Of a stretch of DNA of 64,000 nt, positions 40,092 to 52,300 are shown piece by piece. How positions within the stretch are numbered: position 1 is the stretch's first letter; the number at the start of each line of letters is the position of its first letter. A program made the translations under genes and the position numbers. The stretch is from Trichoplax sp. H2. Taxonomy: Eukaryota. The notes beneath the pieces were generated by a model. It made no database searches and was not told the origin of the DNA. It saw only the letters and a program-made list of their open reading frames with translations. Where the stretch lies: assembly GCA_003344405.1 (NCBI GenBank), contig NOWV01000100.1, positions 186,001-250,000 on the forward strand, in the 5' to 3' direction.

Positions 40092-41356
40092 TGATTTGAA
40101 GAAAACAATAAAAATAATGGAGAGATGTTAGTGAAGAAGATTTGCACCCAATTATAACACATCATGAATGCTACAGATACTGTACAATGTACGCGTACAT
40201 GTGCAAATCAATTCCTATCATCATTTTAACGAAAATTTTTGCTCATCTTTTTTGCTATATGCTAGCGATATAGCTTATCGATATACACCACACTCTACTA
40301 TAATATATCAGAGTATACTGTACTTGAATAATGCTATCTGCTTGGCATCATTACTCGTACAACCTTGCAACAGTTAGAGCCTCGAATGAAACTACAAGTT
40401 GGTACACTTAAAAATCAGTTCTTGGCAGAATGTTTACAACTTTTTAAGAGCTAGTAATCCACTGTAAAAGCGAATAACTCATACAAGCGTATACATGTAC
40501 TGTACGGTAATATCTTATCGTAAAATAATTTCAGTTTAGGCACATGCTTATAGGTATAATATTTCCATATTCGTGATAACAAATCTTATTAATGCTCCTT
40601 AAATCAGGAATAATGTCGTTGCTTACCTTCAGACCTGAATTTGAATGAAATGAAATCACAGTACAGTACTGTAGTGACTGGTCGCAGACCAAATACAGTA
40701 CAGTATACAGTACTGTAATAAATCGACTTGACACTGTAAAATAAAGGGTACAGACTGCCGCACCGCACAGTAGTCTAGGTAGTATGTACTGTAGTACTGT
40801 ACTCACTATGGAGTACGTAGGACACAGTTAAGTATGACACTATTTTTGCGTTCCCGGTGTTACAACTGTATGTGTCTGTAATGGCTAAGTAGCACTAATT
40901 ATGTCACGTTAAAGATTTGCACAGTTTGACCAACGCAAATTGAGTGTGAATGATTGCGAACCAAAAATGCTATAACAGCGCTCAAAACTACTTTATTTTC
41001 GATCATGGCTGATTAACTAGCTACTGTAGTAGACAGAGCGGTACAGTATTAACATATCAGGTCACAGACAAGTTCATATTGGCTATGAATACCAATAATG
41101 CAATTGCAGTGTGGTTTTGCGCAGGTCACTGGTGCAGAACGGTAGCGCAGATCGCTAGCGAGCAGGGGAGTTTTTGAAGAAAACTTAATCTTAAAAGTCC
41201 TTAATTGCCAGCAGCAATATAGTATAGTACAGTGCAGTAAAGTACTGTAGATGACTGAACCAATAGCCCTTATTTGAAACCATGGACTACTTGTTTAGTA
41301 CTCTATGCTGTCCTAGCAGTAGTCCGTGACCAAAACTTTTGCTTCCTTAAGGCTTC

Positions 41357-41370
41357 GTTACTATGGTAAC
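41357..41370. promoter_or_regulatory. RFX X-box upstream of IQCG
   Basis: GTTACTATGGTAAC is a near-perfect palindromic X-box ~380 bp upstream of the ATG of a motile-cilium gene. Confidence 0.8.
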
Positions 41371-41748
41371 TGATCAACAGCAATCTCAACTTCTTATGCT
41401 ATACAGAAGTATGACACTGCCCAGAATAATATTCAGTCATTAGTTTTTATACGCCAATTACTGTATATCGCACCATAACTACAATACAGTACAGTTATTA
41501 GAAATAAAATCTGTTTCGTAGGTATAGTACGTGTTTATTAACTACGCTCGAATAGGGCTGTCATACTGTAGTATCCGTTTAGAATCTACTCGTATTTCCG
41601 AAATTCTTGGAAAAAAATATTCTTTCAATTCTTCAGCGAGACGAGAGTTTGATCGTTTAAATATATATATTATTACGCGATTGTAATTATTTTACAAGAC
41701 GCCTGTATTACTCTAAATTTTACTCAGTAACCCCAGCGAATTATAATC

Positions 41749-44378
41749 ATGGCTGCAGTCGATGCTATGTCAACGACTGAATCGATAGACGAAGCAAACG
41801 AAAATGTTTCGGCCTTACCTGGCCCGCCTGCAATCAATATCCAAGATCGAATACATATTAACACGGTGTTTCAAGACTCTATCGATCAGTTGGCAGTACT
41901 AGGAACAATTTTACCAATTTCGCTTGAACACAGTGCAAAAGCTGATTATGTTGAAAAGGTAAATAGCTCTACGAATAATATTGCGTTAACATAATTGCTT
42001 TACAGTTAGTCATAGTAGTATCGGAATGTTCTGCTTATGTTATATTCGTTCAATAGTTCTACTTTTATTAAATGATCATAGTAGCAGTTATAAATCGAAT
42101 CATTTCTCTCATAAAGGTTGTTGGTGACGAAATTAGTAAGATAGTTGAAGGACAAAGGCAGCTGGAATCGAAATTCGAGAAGGTCTGTATACACTCACAA
42201 TAATTAACTTAATTGATTCTTTACTGTGTCCTAGAGCTCTACATAATGTAATACTTGCCATAACCCGAATTGATTATGTATTCTAATCATTTATAGCTTA
42301 TTATGGAGAAAGGGGATGGTAGAGACCGTAAAGTTAAACTTGGTGATAATGATGATTATTATGATGTAACGAAATCAATTAAAAGTAGCACACAAGGTTA
42401 GAATGGCACTAGAAATACAATCATCGACATTGCATACTTATTATTTGTATTGATTAACTACTGTAGGTCAGGTTAAATAAAATTTGATTAACATATATTC
42501 AATTATATAAATATATATAGCACTTGGTAGAAGTTTGAAAACTAATCCTCTAGGTACCGATATATTACTGAAAATGCAAGATGACAGGTACCTAGCATAC
42601 GCTATCATGTAGCGCTTTTTAAGATATGTAATGATGCTTACCACCAATACGTATGTTTCTGACTATGAACTTGTACCTTTTTACACAATCATATTAGAGG
42701 GTTTCTACAAGATATAATGGAAGAGGCAATGGCTGAGGTTCACGAACACGGAAGCTTTAGTTGTATGGCGGAATCAGTTAAAACCGAACAAAAAAAGAAG
42801 AGTGACTTATTACAAATTATACAAAAGTAAATTTTTAGTATGCAATTACTATCCATTATCTAGTTCATAAAATCATTGCATCTTATATTGTCATTTTGGG
42901 GGACTTTCAGGGAAGAGGCTGCTCGCAAGAAAGTAAAAACATTACAAAAACAACTCCAAGAAATCAAACGTGACAAAGAAGTTCAAATTCAGGTTAATAA
43001 ATTATGATTAAAGCATTGGTATCCATTTTATATTTAAAAGTAATGCTAGATAAGATATAGGTTTGTTGATGCCGACTTAAACTAGACTATTTCTTTAATC
43101 ATTTATTGCATATAAATAGCAACGAAATGAGATGATTGCACACTTGAAAGATCAACTACAAGAAATGAAGGCAAAGACGAGTATGGAAGGGAAGTATATA
43201 AAGAAAGAAGCTGAAGTAAGAGTATTATGTACTCAAAAGAAATGTCAGCAATCTGAAAGTGAACTGAAAGAAGATTATCAAGTAATAACTACACTTATGC
43301 CTTTAATGACAATTATTTAATCATTTCTCATCGTTGAAATATCCTGTGAATTAATTTAACTTAAATGTGAACTACTGTAGGGATTGCAAAGCAAGATTGA
43401 TGATGAAAACAGAACTAACAATGAAATTGAAACTTATCTACGACAACAACATAAGGTTAGTTCACTAAGTAAAAACTGAAAGCCTAAATTTCATTAGGCT
43501 TGACTGTTATAGCAATAATTCCAATTTTCACAAATGCTAACTATATCACTAAATACTCAAAAGAATTTTATGCTTATCAGACTGTTTAATTAGATTACTA
43601 ATTAATTTCCTTTTTGCTATTTTTATTACGACAGATTCTTGAAGAAAAGGTCGAATATTGGATGGAAAAGCATGAGAAAGAAGTTGAAGCAAAGCAGCGT
43701 GATTTAGATACATTGAAAGTATGAAAAATAACTAGCTACTAAATCATAGTTTGTTTAATTATCTATGATTTGCTAATTTATATTAAACTGTTTCTTCCTT
43801 TCACTATATAGTCGAATCGTGCTAATGACTTAGCAAGACTACAAGAATTGACGCAACTGGTAAAAGCTAACTACTCGTATATCCAACATGCTTGATTTTT
43901 CAATCTATTTTAACATTTACTTTCTTTATCAGTATCAACAATATGAAGAAGTTGTTATAGAAGATAGATTAGAAAAGGAGAAAGCTAAAAAATTAGAAGA
44001 GCAAAAATGGAAAGAAAATAGAGCTGCTATTAAGGTACTTTTTTGACTAATTTTAGCATTAACAGCCCTATATCTATATGAAGTATAGTAGATTTTGAAG
44101 CATCTACCTTATTAATTGAAACCTTATAATTAGTATTGTTTAAATACGGTTAAATTGCAGCATCACTGTTTTCTAAGTAAATAAATGAAATTAATTGCGT
44201 ACAACAGATACAAGCATGGTGGAGAGGAGTAATGGTTCGAAAGCGATTACATAGCAAACGCAAAAAAAGAAAGGGAAAAGGAAAAAAAGGCAAAGGTAAA
44301 GGCAAAGGCAAAGGAAAAGGAAAAGGAAAAGGAAGAGCTAAAGGAATTGGCAAAACACGGCCAATTAAAAGAAAATAA
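41749..44378 (+). CDS. IQCG: IQ domain-containing protein G / dynein regulatory complex subunit 9, multi-exon
   Basis: Coiled-coil exons including RNEMIAHLKDQLQEMKAKTSMEGKYIKK and LEEKVEYWMEKHEKE; IQ motif AAIK|IQAWWRGVMVRK; basic GK-repeat tail ending at TAA 44376-44378; GT-AG introns. Confidence 0.92.
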
Positions 44379-45622
44379 GTCTTTTACCAGTCGGACTGTT
44401 ATCGATCACTGGCAGCAAGACATTTTAATATGTATTAGTTACCAGCGGAAGATTGCTCTTATATCGCTCGAAATCATAAACCAAAAATTGGAATGCATGT
44501 CGAAGTTACTAACATTATACTGCTTAAAGGAATTTTAATTTAAGTAAACAATTTCATTTTTATCGTATTGAGAATTTACTGTTGATTTTTCACGTTAAAT
44601 ATACAATATTTTACGCTTTTCATACCGTCTTAAAGTAAGTGTAATTAATTTTACTGTACAAATCATCATAAACTTTGTAGATAATTAATAAGTATCACAA
44701 TTTCATTTCCATGCTTTGCCTGCCTATTCTATTGGTTAAATACGATTTAATATGAACATTTATATAATAGAGTATCTAGCCTGCCAAAGCAGTGTTATTT
44801 GATTCGCTAGCAATAATTAGCTAATAAACTGCCTGTCGATTCGCCATTTCGTAATAAAAAGAAGAAATTGTAAATTGTGCTTTACTTGCTGTAGGCATTA
44901 CAGTTAACAGCTTAGACGATAAAGTTATTGCTCATAATTTCACTTCATGCGAAAGGTATCTGAGTAAATACGAGTATAGGAAATATCATTTACGCATGAT
45001 AGCAATCAAGACTTGATAACTGACAACTCGCTATTCGTAAAATATATCAGTCGATAGTCCAAGCTACAAGCTTATAGCCCGATGCTAATATCTATCACTA
45101 TACACTTTTTGTATTTTGGGAGTATCCACTGCAATTTTTTCCCCATAATGTTTAAAAAGATCCACCGCATTTAATTAGAAAGGCTAGTTATATTGTGTAT
45201 ATACAGTAGTAACCTGATTAGCAATTCACTAATCCTTCTTACAAAAGCAGACACTAAATCACGAGTGTGCTTGATAAATACATTTGTAACATCTTAAGTT
45301 TACTCCCATACCTACTGAGTAATGGCAGAACAAGTTACAAAAGCAACGCTTTCAAATTTTTAGCTGCCTTAGCATAATCTTTCAGCTAGCACTATAGTTC
45401 TGACTACACTAATATAAAGCCTACTTGATCAACAGCTGACAAGAACTTTAGAACTTCAGTAGCCTCAAGTCATCACTAAATGCCACTAATTGCGGTAGAA
45501 TACGCTCCATTACAATTTTAGGCTACCACTTATAATTATCAGAAACAATAACTTTCACAACCCGAGTGTACACATAGAACTTTACATTTTATTCAGTTTA
45601 GTATACAAACAACTTCCTAAGA

Positions 45623-46818
45623 TTACACTCTGGAAGGATAGAGCATCTAGCAAAAATAGAAGAAAGGATGATCGATTAATACAGTTATTTACAACAACTT
45701 TCCATCTAAAAGATGTCATAATAGCACAACAAGACTTATAACAAGATTGAATCAAGTTAAGTGATAATTAAAAGTTTGTAAGCACCGGATGAGGGTAATC
45801 ACTATATGTTGATTGTGAATGTAAAGTAATGTACATTGCGAAATTGTAGCAACAGTGTCAATTGTAAGTACGTCAAGCATATTTATTCGTACAGTACTAT
45901 AATTCTGGATCTTTATGCTGTAAAATAAATACAGAAGATTAAAGATTTACAGTAAAACTAATGATAACCTAGCGGGATCATCAAAGATACATTGTATTAT
46001 ACTGTAGGAAATAACTAATGGCAAGAATGGTGTCATAGTAAAGGGCACTACATTATCCAGATACTGTAGCGTATGACTAAAATTTTTTGTCAGAATCTGG
46101 TAATACCTTCACACCAGCATGCTAGCAACTGCAGTACTTCAACAACCATAACATAGAGTATCTACAGTAGCGTATAGCACCCAATCTTTCTAATCTTTAC
46201 CTATTGGCAGATGAAATATTTCTGCGACGGAATATCTTTTTTATTACTTGGCAGATTTATATTATAGTACTGTGCTATCAATCAGTGTTTGATTTGCTTT
46301 CAGACTATTATGACAATAATCATTGCTAGGAAAGTACGATCGTTATTTAATTCTAACTGTCAATAACATACCACATGAACAGTTGCACCCATTGATTTAG
46401 GAGGAAGATTGTGTCTAAACTTTGCACGGACTACTCCACTATTACCGTGTGATCTTGTAACCTTGCCCCACATCACTCTAAATTTGGAAGCATTACGCGT
46501 TTTTCGTAAAGTGGCTTTCGTCTTCTTTTGAGCACGGTAAATATATGCGACTCTCTTGCCCAAGTAAAATTCAGTTTCGTTCTTATTATTTACACCTTCG
46601 ATACGAATGAGAGATGTATTCGTATGTTGATTGCGTAAGCCTCGCTTATAGCCAAGTATTAAGCCTTTCGTGTATAGTCTAACGACCAATAATGAAGTGA
46701 AATATTTCATTACATTGGACTATACAAAGACAAGGAGTTTCCTACGTATTGCAATCAACTATGTATATTCTACTAGCATATCGACAAGGTATGGCGCTAA
46801 CCTGGTTGAGTTGGACAT
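45623..46818 (-). CDS. RPL35A: 60S ribosomal protein L35a (eL33), 115 aa. Coding exons 46818-46802, 46678-46372, 45646-45623
   Basis: [24 protein letters not shown]...[10 protein letters not shown]...[40 protein letters not shown]; splice phases consistent. Confidence 0.98.
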
Positions 46819-47142
46819 TGTGATAATATTACGACTCCAAAGCCTATTAATACATCCAAGAAATACTACATTATACATTGCCAATGCAAAAGTTAAACAA
46901 CATTGAGCCTATCCAGTAGAACAAGTAAGGGATATCAAGTCATCAACATGGCGTCTATCCACGCCAACTAGTGACAGTAATAAAATACTGCTACAGCATC
47001 ACTAAACATCCATCGGGTAAAAATCAGTCAATATCCGTTCATAATGGATGATAATACAATTATTTAAGCTTAAAGAATTATCATCAAGATATTTTCTAGG
47101 TAGAAAAAATGAAAAATTTTACGGCACATCTAAAATGCTCAC

Positions 47143-47178
47143 CCAGTCCGACAGCAACAATTCGAGAAGAAGGAAGAG
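47143..47178 (-). promoter_or_regulatory. Non-coding first exon of RPL35A starting at a TCT/5'TOP pyrimidine tract
   Basis: Minus strand CTCTTCCTTCTTCTC (47178-47164), then donor GG|GTGAG at 47142; matching acceptor TTAATAG| at 46844, 25 nt before the ATG. Confidence 0.75.
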
Positions 47179-47909
47179 ATTGTGGCAGCGAGGTAATTTT
47201 GCGACTGCGCAATTTAAATACCATCATGACGCATGCTTCCTTTTTCAAGGTACTTCGGACGTTCGGACGATCGGCCTCAATAACGCCTTAAAAGGTGCGT
47301 TCACACGATGAACTTTTTCCAGGGTAAGGGTACTAGCCGCAAGTTTCAGACGGGCGGACTTTCAGACCACGTAAGGCCGAAAATATCGAGACTATTTCAA
47401 TAGTACCAAACTTCTGTGTCTGTTTTCTTATGCACTATTTTAATTTTAATTTAGAAATGATTGATGAAGTTATATAACTGCTTTCAAGCAAAAACTTAGT
47501 CCAATAGAATAGAGCTCAATGAAATATTACTTATTCAATTAGAAAAAATAAGTCAAACATGGAATCGAGCATCACCATACTGCCGACTAGAAAACGAATA
47601 CAAGTGTTTGGAACAGACAGACAGGCAATACTGTTCAGTCAGTGTTCACTCACTGTTGTGTTTTTTAAGTGGTTGAAGTCTCTCATAGGCAGAAAGAGAC
47701 GGGACAGACAGCAAACGGTTGTTCACAATAGTCATCATGTGGAGGCTGGCTCTTTTGTTGGTCATTTCAAGTGTATCGCATGTCTGTAACGATACACTAT
47801 ACTGTCAGCGATTGACATCCAAATTAGCCTGCTAAGTTGATTTTGTGCAGTATGTTATACTGTATACTTTGATTGGTCCAGCTTGTATTTCCCACGGATG
47901 TAAGCAATG

Positions 47910-48485
47910 TTCTATACAGTACAGTACTGTACCATAGCAATCAAGATGCCGACCGCCTGTACTCCACTACAGTACTGTGCATTAGCCCTGTCAAGAACAT
48001 GTCTCTTCATTCTTCAATTCTTTGCTGGAATTCTTCAACTTTCATGTCAGCAAAAGAATTTAAGGAGTGGAGACGTAATGTGCCGTGTACAGTGTACAGT
48101 GTACAAAAGTCTACAGTTTACAGTACTTTACATTGTACTGTCTTAGCAAGTACAGTACAGTACAGTACTACACCACTGAGAGTGTACTGAATACAGTAGG
48201 ACGTCAATGGTACAATGTACAGTACTGTACGTACTTACTTGTGACTGAAGTTGTGAGTTCAAGTACAGTGTACAGTGTACAGTACTGTACCGCATTCTTG
48301 ATGTACTGTACAGGACAGTACAGTACTGTACTGTACAGGACATTGTACAATAGTCTACAGTTTACAGTACTTTACACTGTATTGTATTAACAAGTACAGT
48401 ACGGCACCACTGAGTGTGTACTGAATAGGACGTCAATGGTACGATGGACGTACAGTACTTACTTGCGACTGAAGTGGTGAGTTGT
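47910..48485. repeat. TACAGTA/TACTGTA-rich low-complexity tract with an internal ~140-bp direct duplication
   Basis: Dense ACAGTACTGT-type palindromes; AGTCTACAGTTTACAGTACTTTACA...GACTGAAGT.GTGAGTT at ~48108 and ~48352. Confidence 0.85.
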
Positions 48486-48607
48486 GATTCCAATTTTGCT
48501 TTTTCTTTGTTCTGTTTCGTTGGTCACATGACATCTGCTCAACCAACCCGTAGCCAGGCTTGAACTAGTGCCTGGGGTAGATTTAAATCGCATCTTCATG
48601 ATCGCTG

Positions 48608-48640
48608 ATTGGCCAACTTAGCCTAAGCGTCAACTTTGAA
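48608..48640 (+). promoter_or_regulatory. Putative G2/M promoter of cyclin B3: inverted CCAAT box plus CHR
   Basis: ATTGG at 48608-48612 and TTTGAA at 48635-48640 in a CpG-richer patch upstream of the cyclin B3 CDS; TGACGTCA at 48695-48702. Confidence 0.55.
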
Positions 48641-49390
48641 AATAACCGCATCCTTCTACAACATCGACATCATCGCGACGCTTGACACACTGACTGACGT
48701 CAGGCTGATTTACCAAACAAGCGTTTCGACTGGAGGACGTGAAGTAGGTTGAAGCTTGATCGTGTCACCCCACTCGGTTGACCACGTCTGTGTACATCAG
48801 TCTCGGCAACTGCTTGACGTTGCCATTGTTATTCTTGACCTGCCAAGTCAATTTCAGCTTATCCCATACAAATTGCTACAAGCAAGACAGAAACTTCACC
48901 AGCGTTGATTTTCTTCATTTTCAGCCTTCACTGAGGGTAAAATTCATTGAAAAATGGCTCAACTGATTGATAAATTGAATTTAATGGTCAATAGTAAAGG
49001 CCTTCAGGTAAATCGATCGATCCTAGATTGAAATTTTATGTCGTGGAGTAGCCGGTAGATGTCAACTCGCTCTTTGTCAGTTTTGCCATTTTTGTGTACA
49101 CAGTATCAAACCTTCAATGAACAACATGACTGTCATTCTATCCTATCCCTAAATATCATTTCAGCCTTGAATTTTCAATAGATTCATTCTGTCTAGTCCA
49201 TTGAAATCATGACTAATCTTGTTATGACAGTTTATAAAAGATAATTATATCAAGAGGATTCAAATCTTGCATGACATTGAATCATTTTGCTCTTTCTCTC
49301 TCTGACTCTCTCTTTCTCTTGCTGCACTTTTCAAACGTTTTTTTCTCCTTGTATTTTTTCCTCTTTTCAACCGTACACGCCCCCCTCTCT

Positions 49391-52300
49391 ATGGTCAAGC
49401 ATCCCAAAGCCAATTTAGTAACGGCTGCCAAGAAAAGAACGATCGAAGAATCATCCGATGATTATCCATTAACCAGTAAGAAAAGAGCTGTACTAGAAGA
49501 TTTAACGAATGTAAGTACATCAAGAATTGAATCCTTTAATCGTCATGTTTGCAATTTTTATCTCTCTCTTTCTCTTCCATGCATATTGCTAATCAGATCA
49601 TAGTGTATGGGTAATAACGACAAATGGATAAGAATGGAAAACAAACTTGAAATTTTCCATCTTACTTTACAGTCGACAACTTGATTCTACATTTCATTCT
49701 ATTAATTACTCGTGGATTACGTAATGTATCCAGATATCCTCTAGACCGTAGACGTTTCATGATGTAACATTTTAAGCATTATGTATTGTAACACGATACC
49801 ATGGCAAAGGAAAGAATCGTAAATTATGTGTACTGTACTTTAAATGATGGTACCTCCTCCATCAATCTCAACTTTCTTACATGATCAAAATCGAAAAAGG
49901 ACCAATTTTTGACACGTTTCATGACAGGATCTTTCCCGTAAGATGTTTACAATATGTATAACCAACCATATCCAGACACGTAGACTTTGATTTAGGTTCA
50001 ATTGAACCAAAAAAATGACAAGTTTATTCACAACGAGAATATATAATCATTATACTGCGTATAAAATGTTGTTAGTGGATAAATTCATTTAGCAAGAACG
50101 ATATCGTCAATAGGAACTGGTTTTTCAATTGGTCATAATTTGTAGTAGATACTACATGGAATAGATAGAATTAAAGATAGAAATACATTTTTCGTCAAAT
50201 ATAAATTATAAATCAAAAGCTACTTTCAATCCCGAAACAGTTGTATTTTCAGAATAGAACGTAATATTCAAGAGAACAGTGTCAATGGATATTACAATTA
50301 TCAGAGTGGTATCGAAATGGTAAACTATGCTCAATAAGGAGAGAAGTAGTATAATAAATAGAGGATAATAGGTCGATTAAAAATACGTGACGAGTTGATA
50401 TACTATCGTAATCCTGTCCATGTATACCAACAAGAACTATACTAATTACAATCCACTGATGTAAACCGTCACTTGAGTACAGTGTATAATGTGCTACTTT
50501 ACCTCACCATATTGCAACAATTTATGAAGGCGTTCCGATTGTAAAGTTATACTGTGTATGACTAATTTTATCGACTGTATAATCCGTGTCAAACACGAAT
50601 TCTCCGCAATAATTACTATTGTTGAAGAAATCAGCTTTGTTGACTCTACATAACAAATATTTTTCCTGACATGGTGTCATTACTGTAGAGAGTGTAAGTT
50701 TAGCAGTGAGTTACCTAAGAAATAATGGATCAATTTACTTACATGTTAATTAAAATAATGGCTCAGTAACATGATTTAAATTGACAACGGGTCATACATG
50801 CATAGAATGAAATGCTAGTGCTAGCAATACAACAGATGTTTATTATCTACCAAAGAATAATGAAAAGACAACATTTTTGACAGCTTGTGATCGAGGAGTG
50901 GGAAAATCCGTATTCGCTTCTTTGCTATTGGCTAATCAAGTATCTCAAAGTATACATATACCATGAATATTATTGTGAAACTACAGTCCAAACAATAGCT
51001 GCTGATGATTCATTACAAACAAAGTTATCATAACTTCAGCCCATTCAAACGATTTATGCTTTAAAGTCGTATTCTAATTAATAAATGCCATGTTGAAAAC
51101 GATATGAATTCAGTTAAAGAAAATTAAAAAGAATTTTCAGCAGACATAGGCTCTTAAAGTTTAATATCCGCAAAAAGTAATTCTAGATCTACTGGATTAC
51201 ATTGCGTGAAACTACAGTGTAAAAGAATTGACCTATTGAATAGTTGACTAAGCTACCGTAAATTATAGCTTCATAAATGCAAGTATTAAATTAATGTATT
51301 GATTTTCTAGGCTAGCCAAGACACCTTATTAAAATGGCATAATCTAAAGAAGCAACAAACGAATAAGAACAACGTCGAGCAAGTGCAACAACAAAATGAA
51401 GTTAAAGATCATGAGAGTGATTTAGGTCGAATTAAAACTAATATACATGAATTCCTCAAATGCGATGAAGATGATGTCGTCAATGGTAAAAGGTATTACA
51501 AACTTGTATGATATGTGTGTTTTTGAACCTGAAAATTTCAAATTTGAAAGGATATAAATTTATTCTGAAAGCAGTATATTTACACGATAAATTACATTTG
51601 CCTAATATTGCATAAAAATTTTATAACTTATCAGAATACTTTATTTTTTTAGCAGCTGTAATGAAAATGAAGAATCTAAAATTTCAACAGCACACCTTTC
51701 AACGATACTCAGTGAGGTAAAATAACTAATATCTTTACTTACAATGTTACGACGCATTAGTTTGAACTACATTTAACTTACATTTCGATTACAGTGTAAA
51801 CCCTGATCTACTATTACTACATAATAATATGATATATAAGGGTTTCACTCGTTACCAACATCACTTTGCGAGTACTTTAATTTAATTTCTTAGAAACTAA
51901 TGTAGCAAGCGTAGTAATACCTGATAGTGAACTGAGCGAATAATTAATTATTGTACAATAGCAATGAAACTTATTTTTGTGCTTCCTGATAACATAAAAG
52001 ATCTACGTTATCTTCTTTTGGACTCGCATTTAAACATCTTCAAATATTATTTTGATCATTATGCCAAACTTTATCATTTTAACAGGAGGTGCAGCGCGTA
52101 CTGACATTACCCAACGATGTCGCGGACATTGACGAAGCTGATTTAACTGACCCTTTCCGTGTTGCTGATTACGCTCCAATAATATTTGAAAACATGAAAC
52201 AAAGAGAAGTAAATATACACGCTTACACTATCGATTATAAACTTTTAATTCGAATGATGTAGCTACATTAGCAATTAATCTACTATTATGACTAGCAAGA

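Noticed and set aside
44150-44353. Pro-rich minus-strand ORF (PFPFPLPLP)
   Set aside because: Antisense shadow of the IQCG GK-repeat tail
46028-46130. Two-hairpin H/ACA-like fold in the last RPL35A intron
   Set aside because: H box is badly placed relative to the 5' hairpin and I could not find an rRNA or snRNA target
47020-47095. UGAUGA...CUGA pair in RPL35A intron 1
   Set aside because: Only a weak A/U terminal stem and no recognisable antisense element
47873-48390. Overlapping ORFs rich in Y/S/T/V/Q/C (also 40531-40806)
   Set aside because: Translations of the stop-poor TACAGTA low-complexity tract
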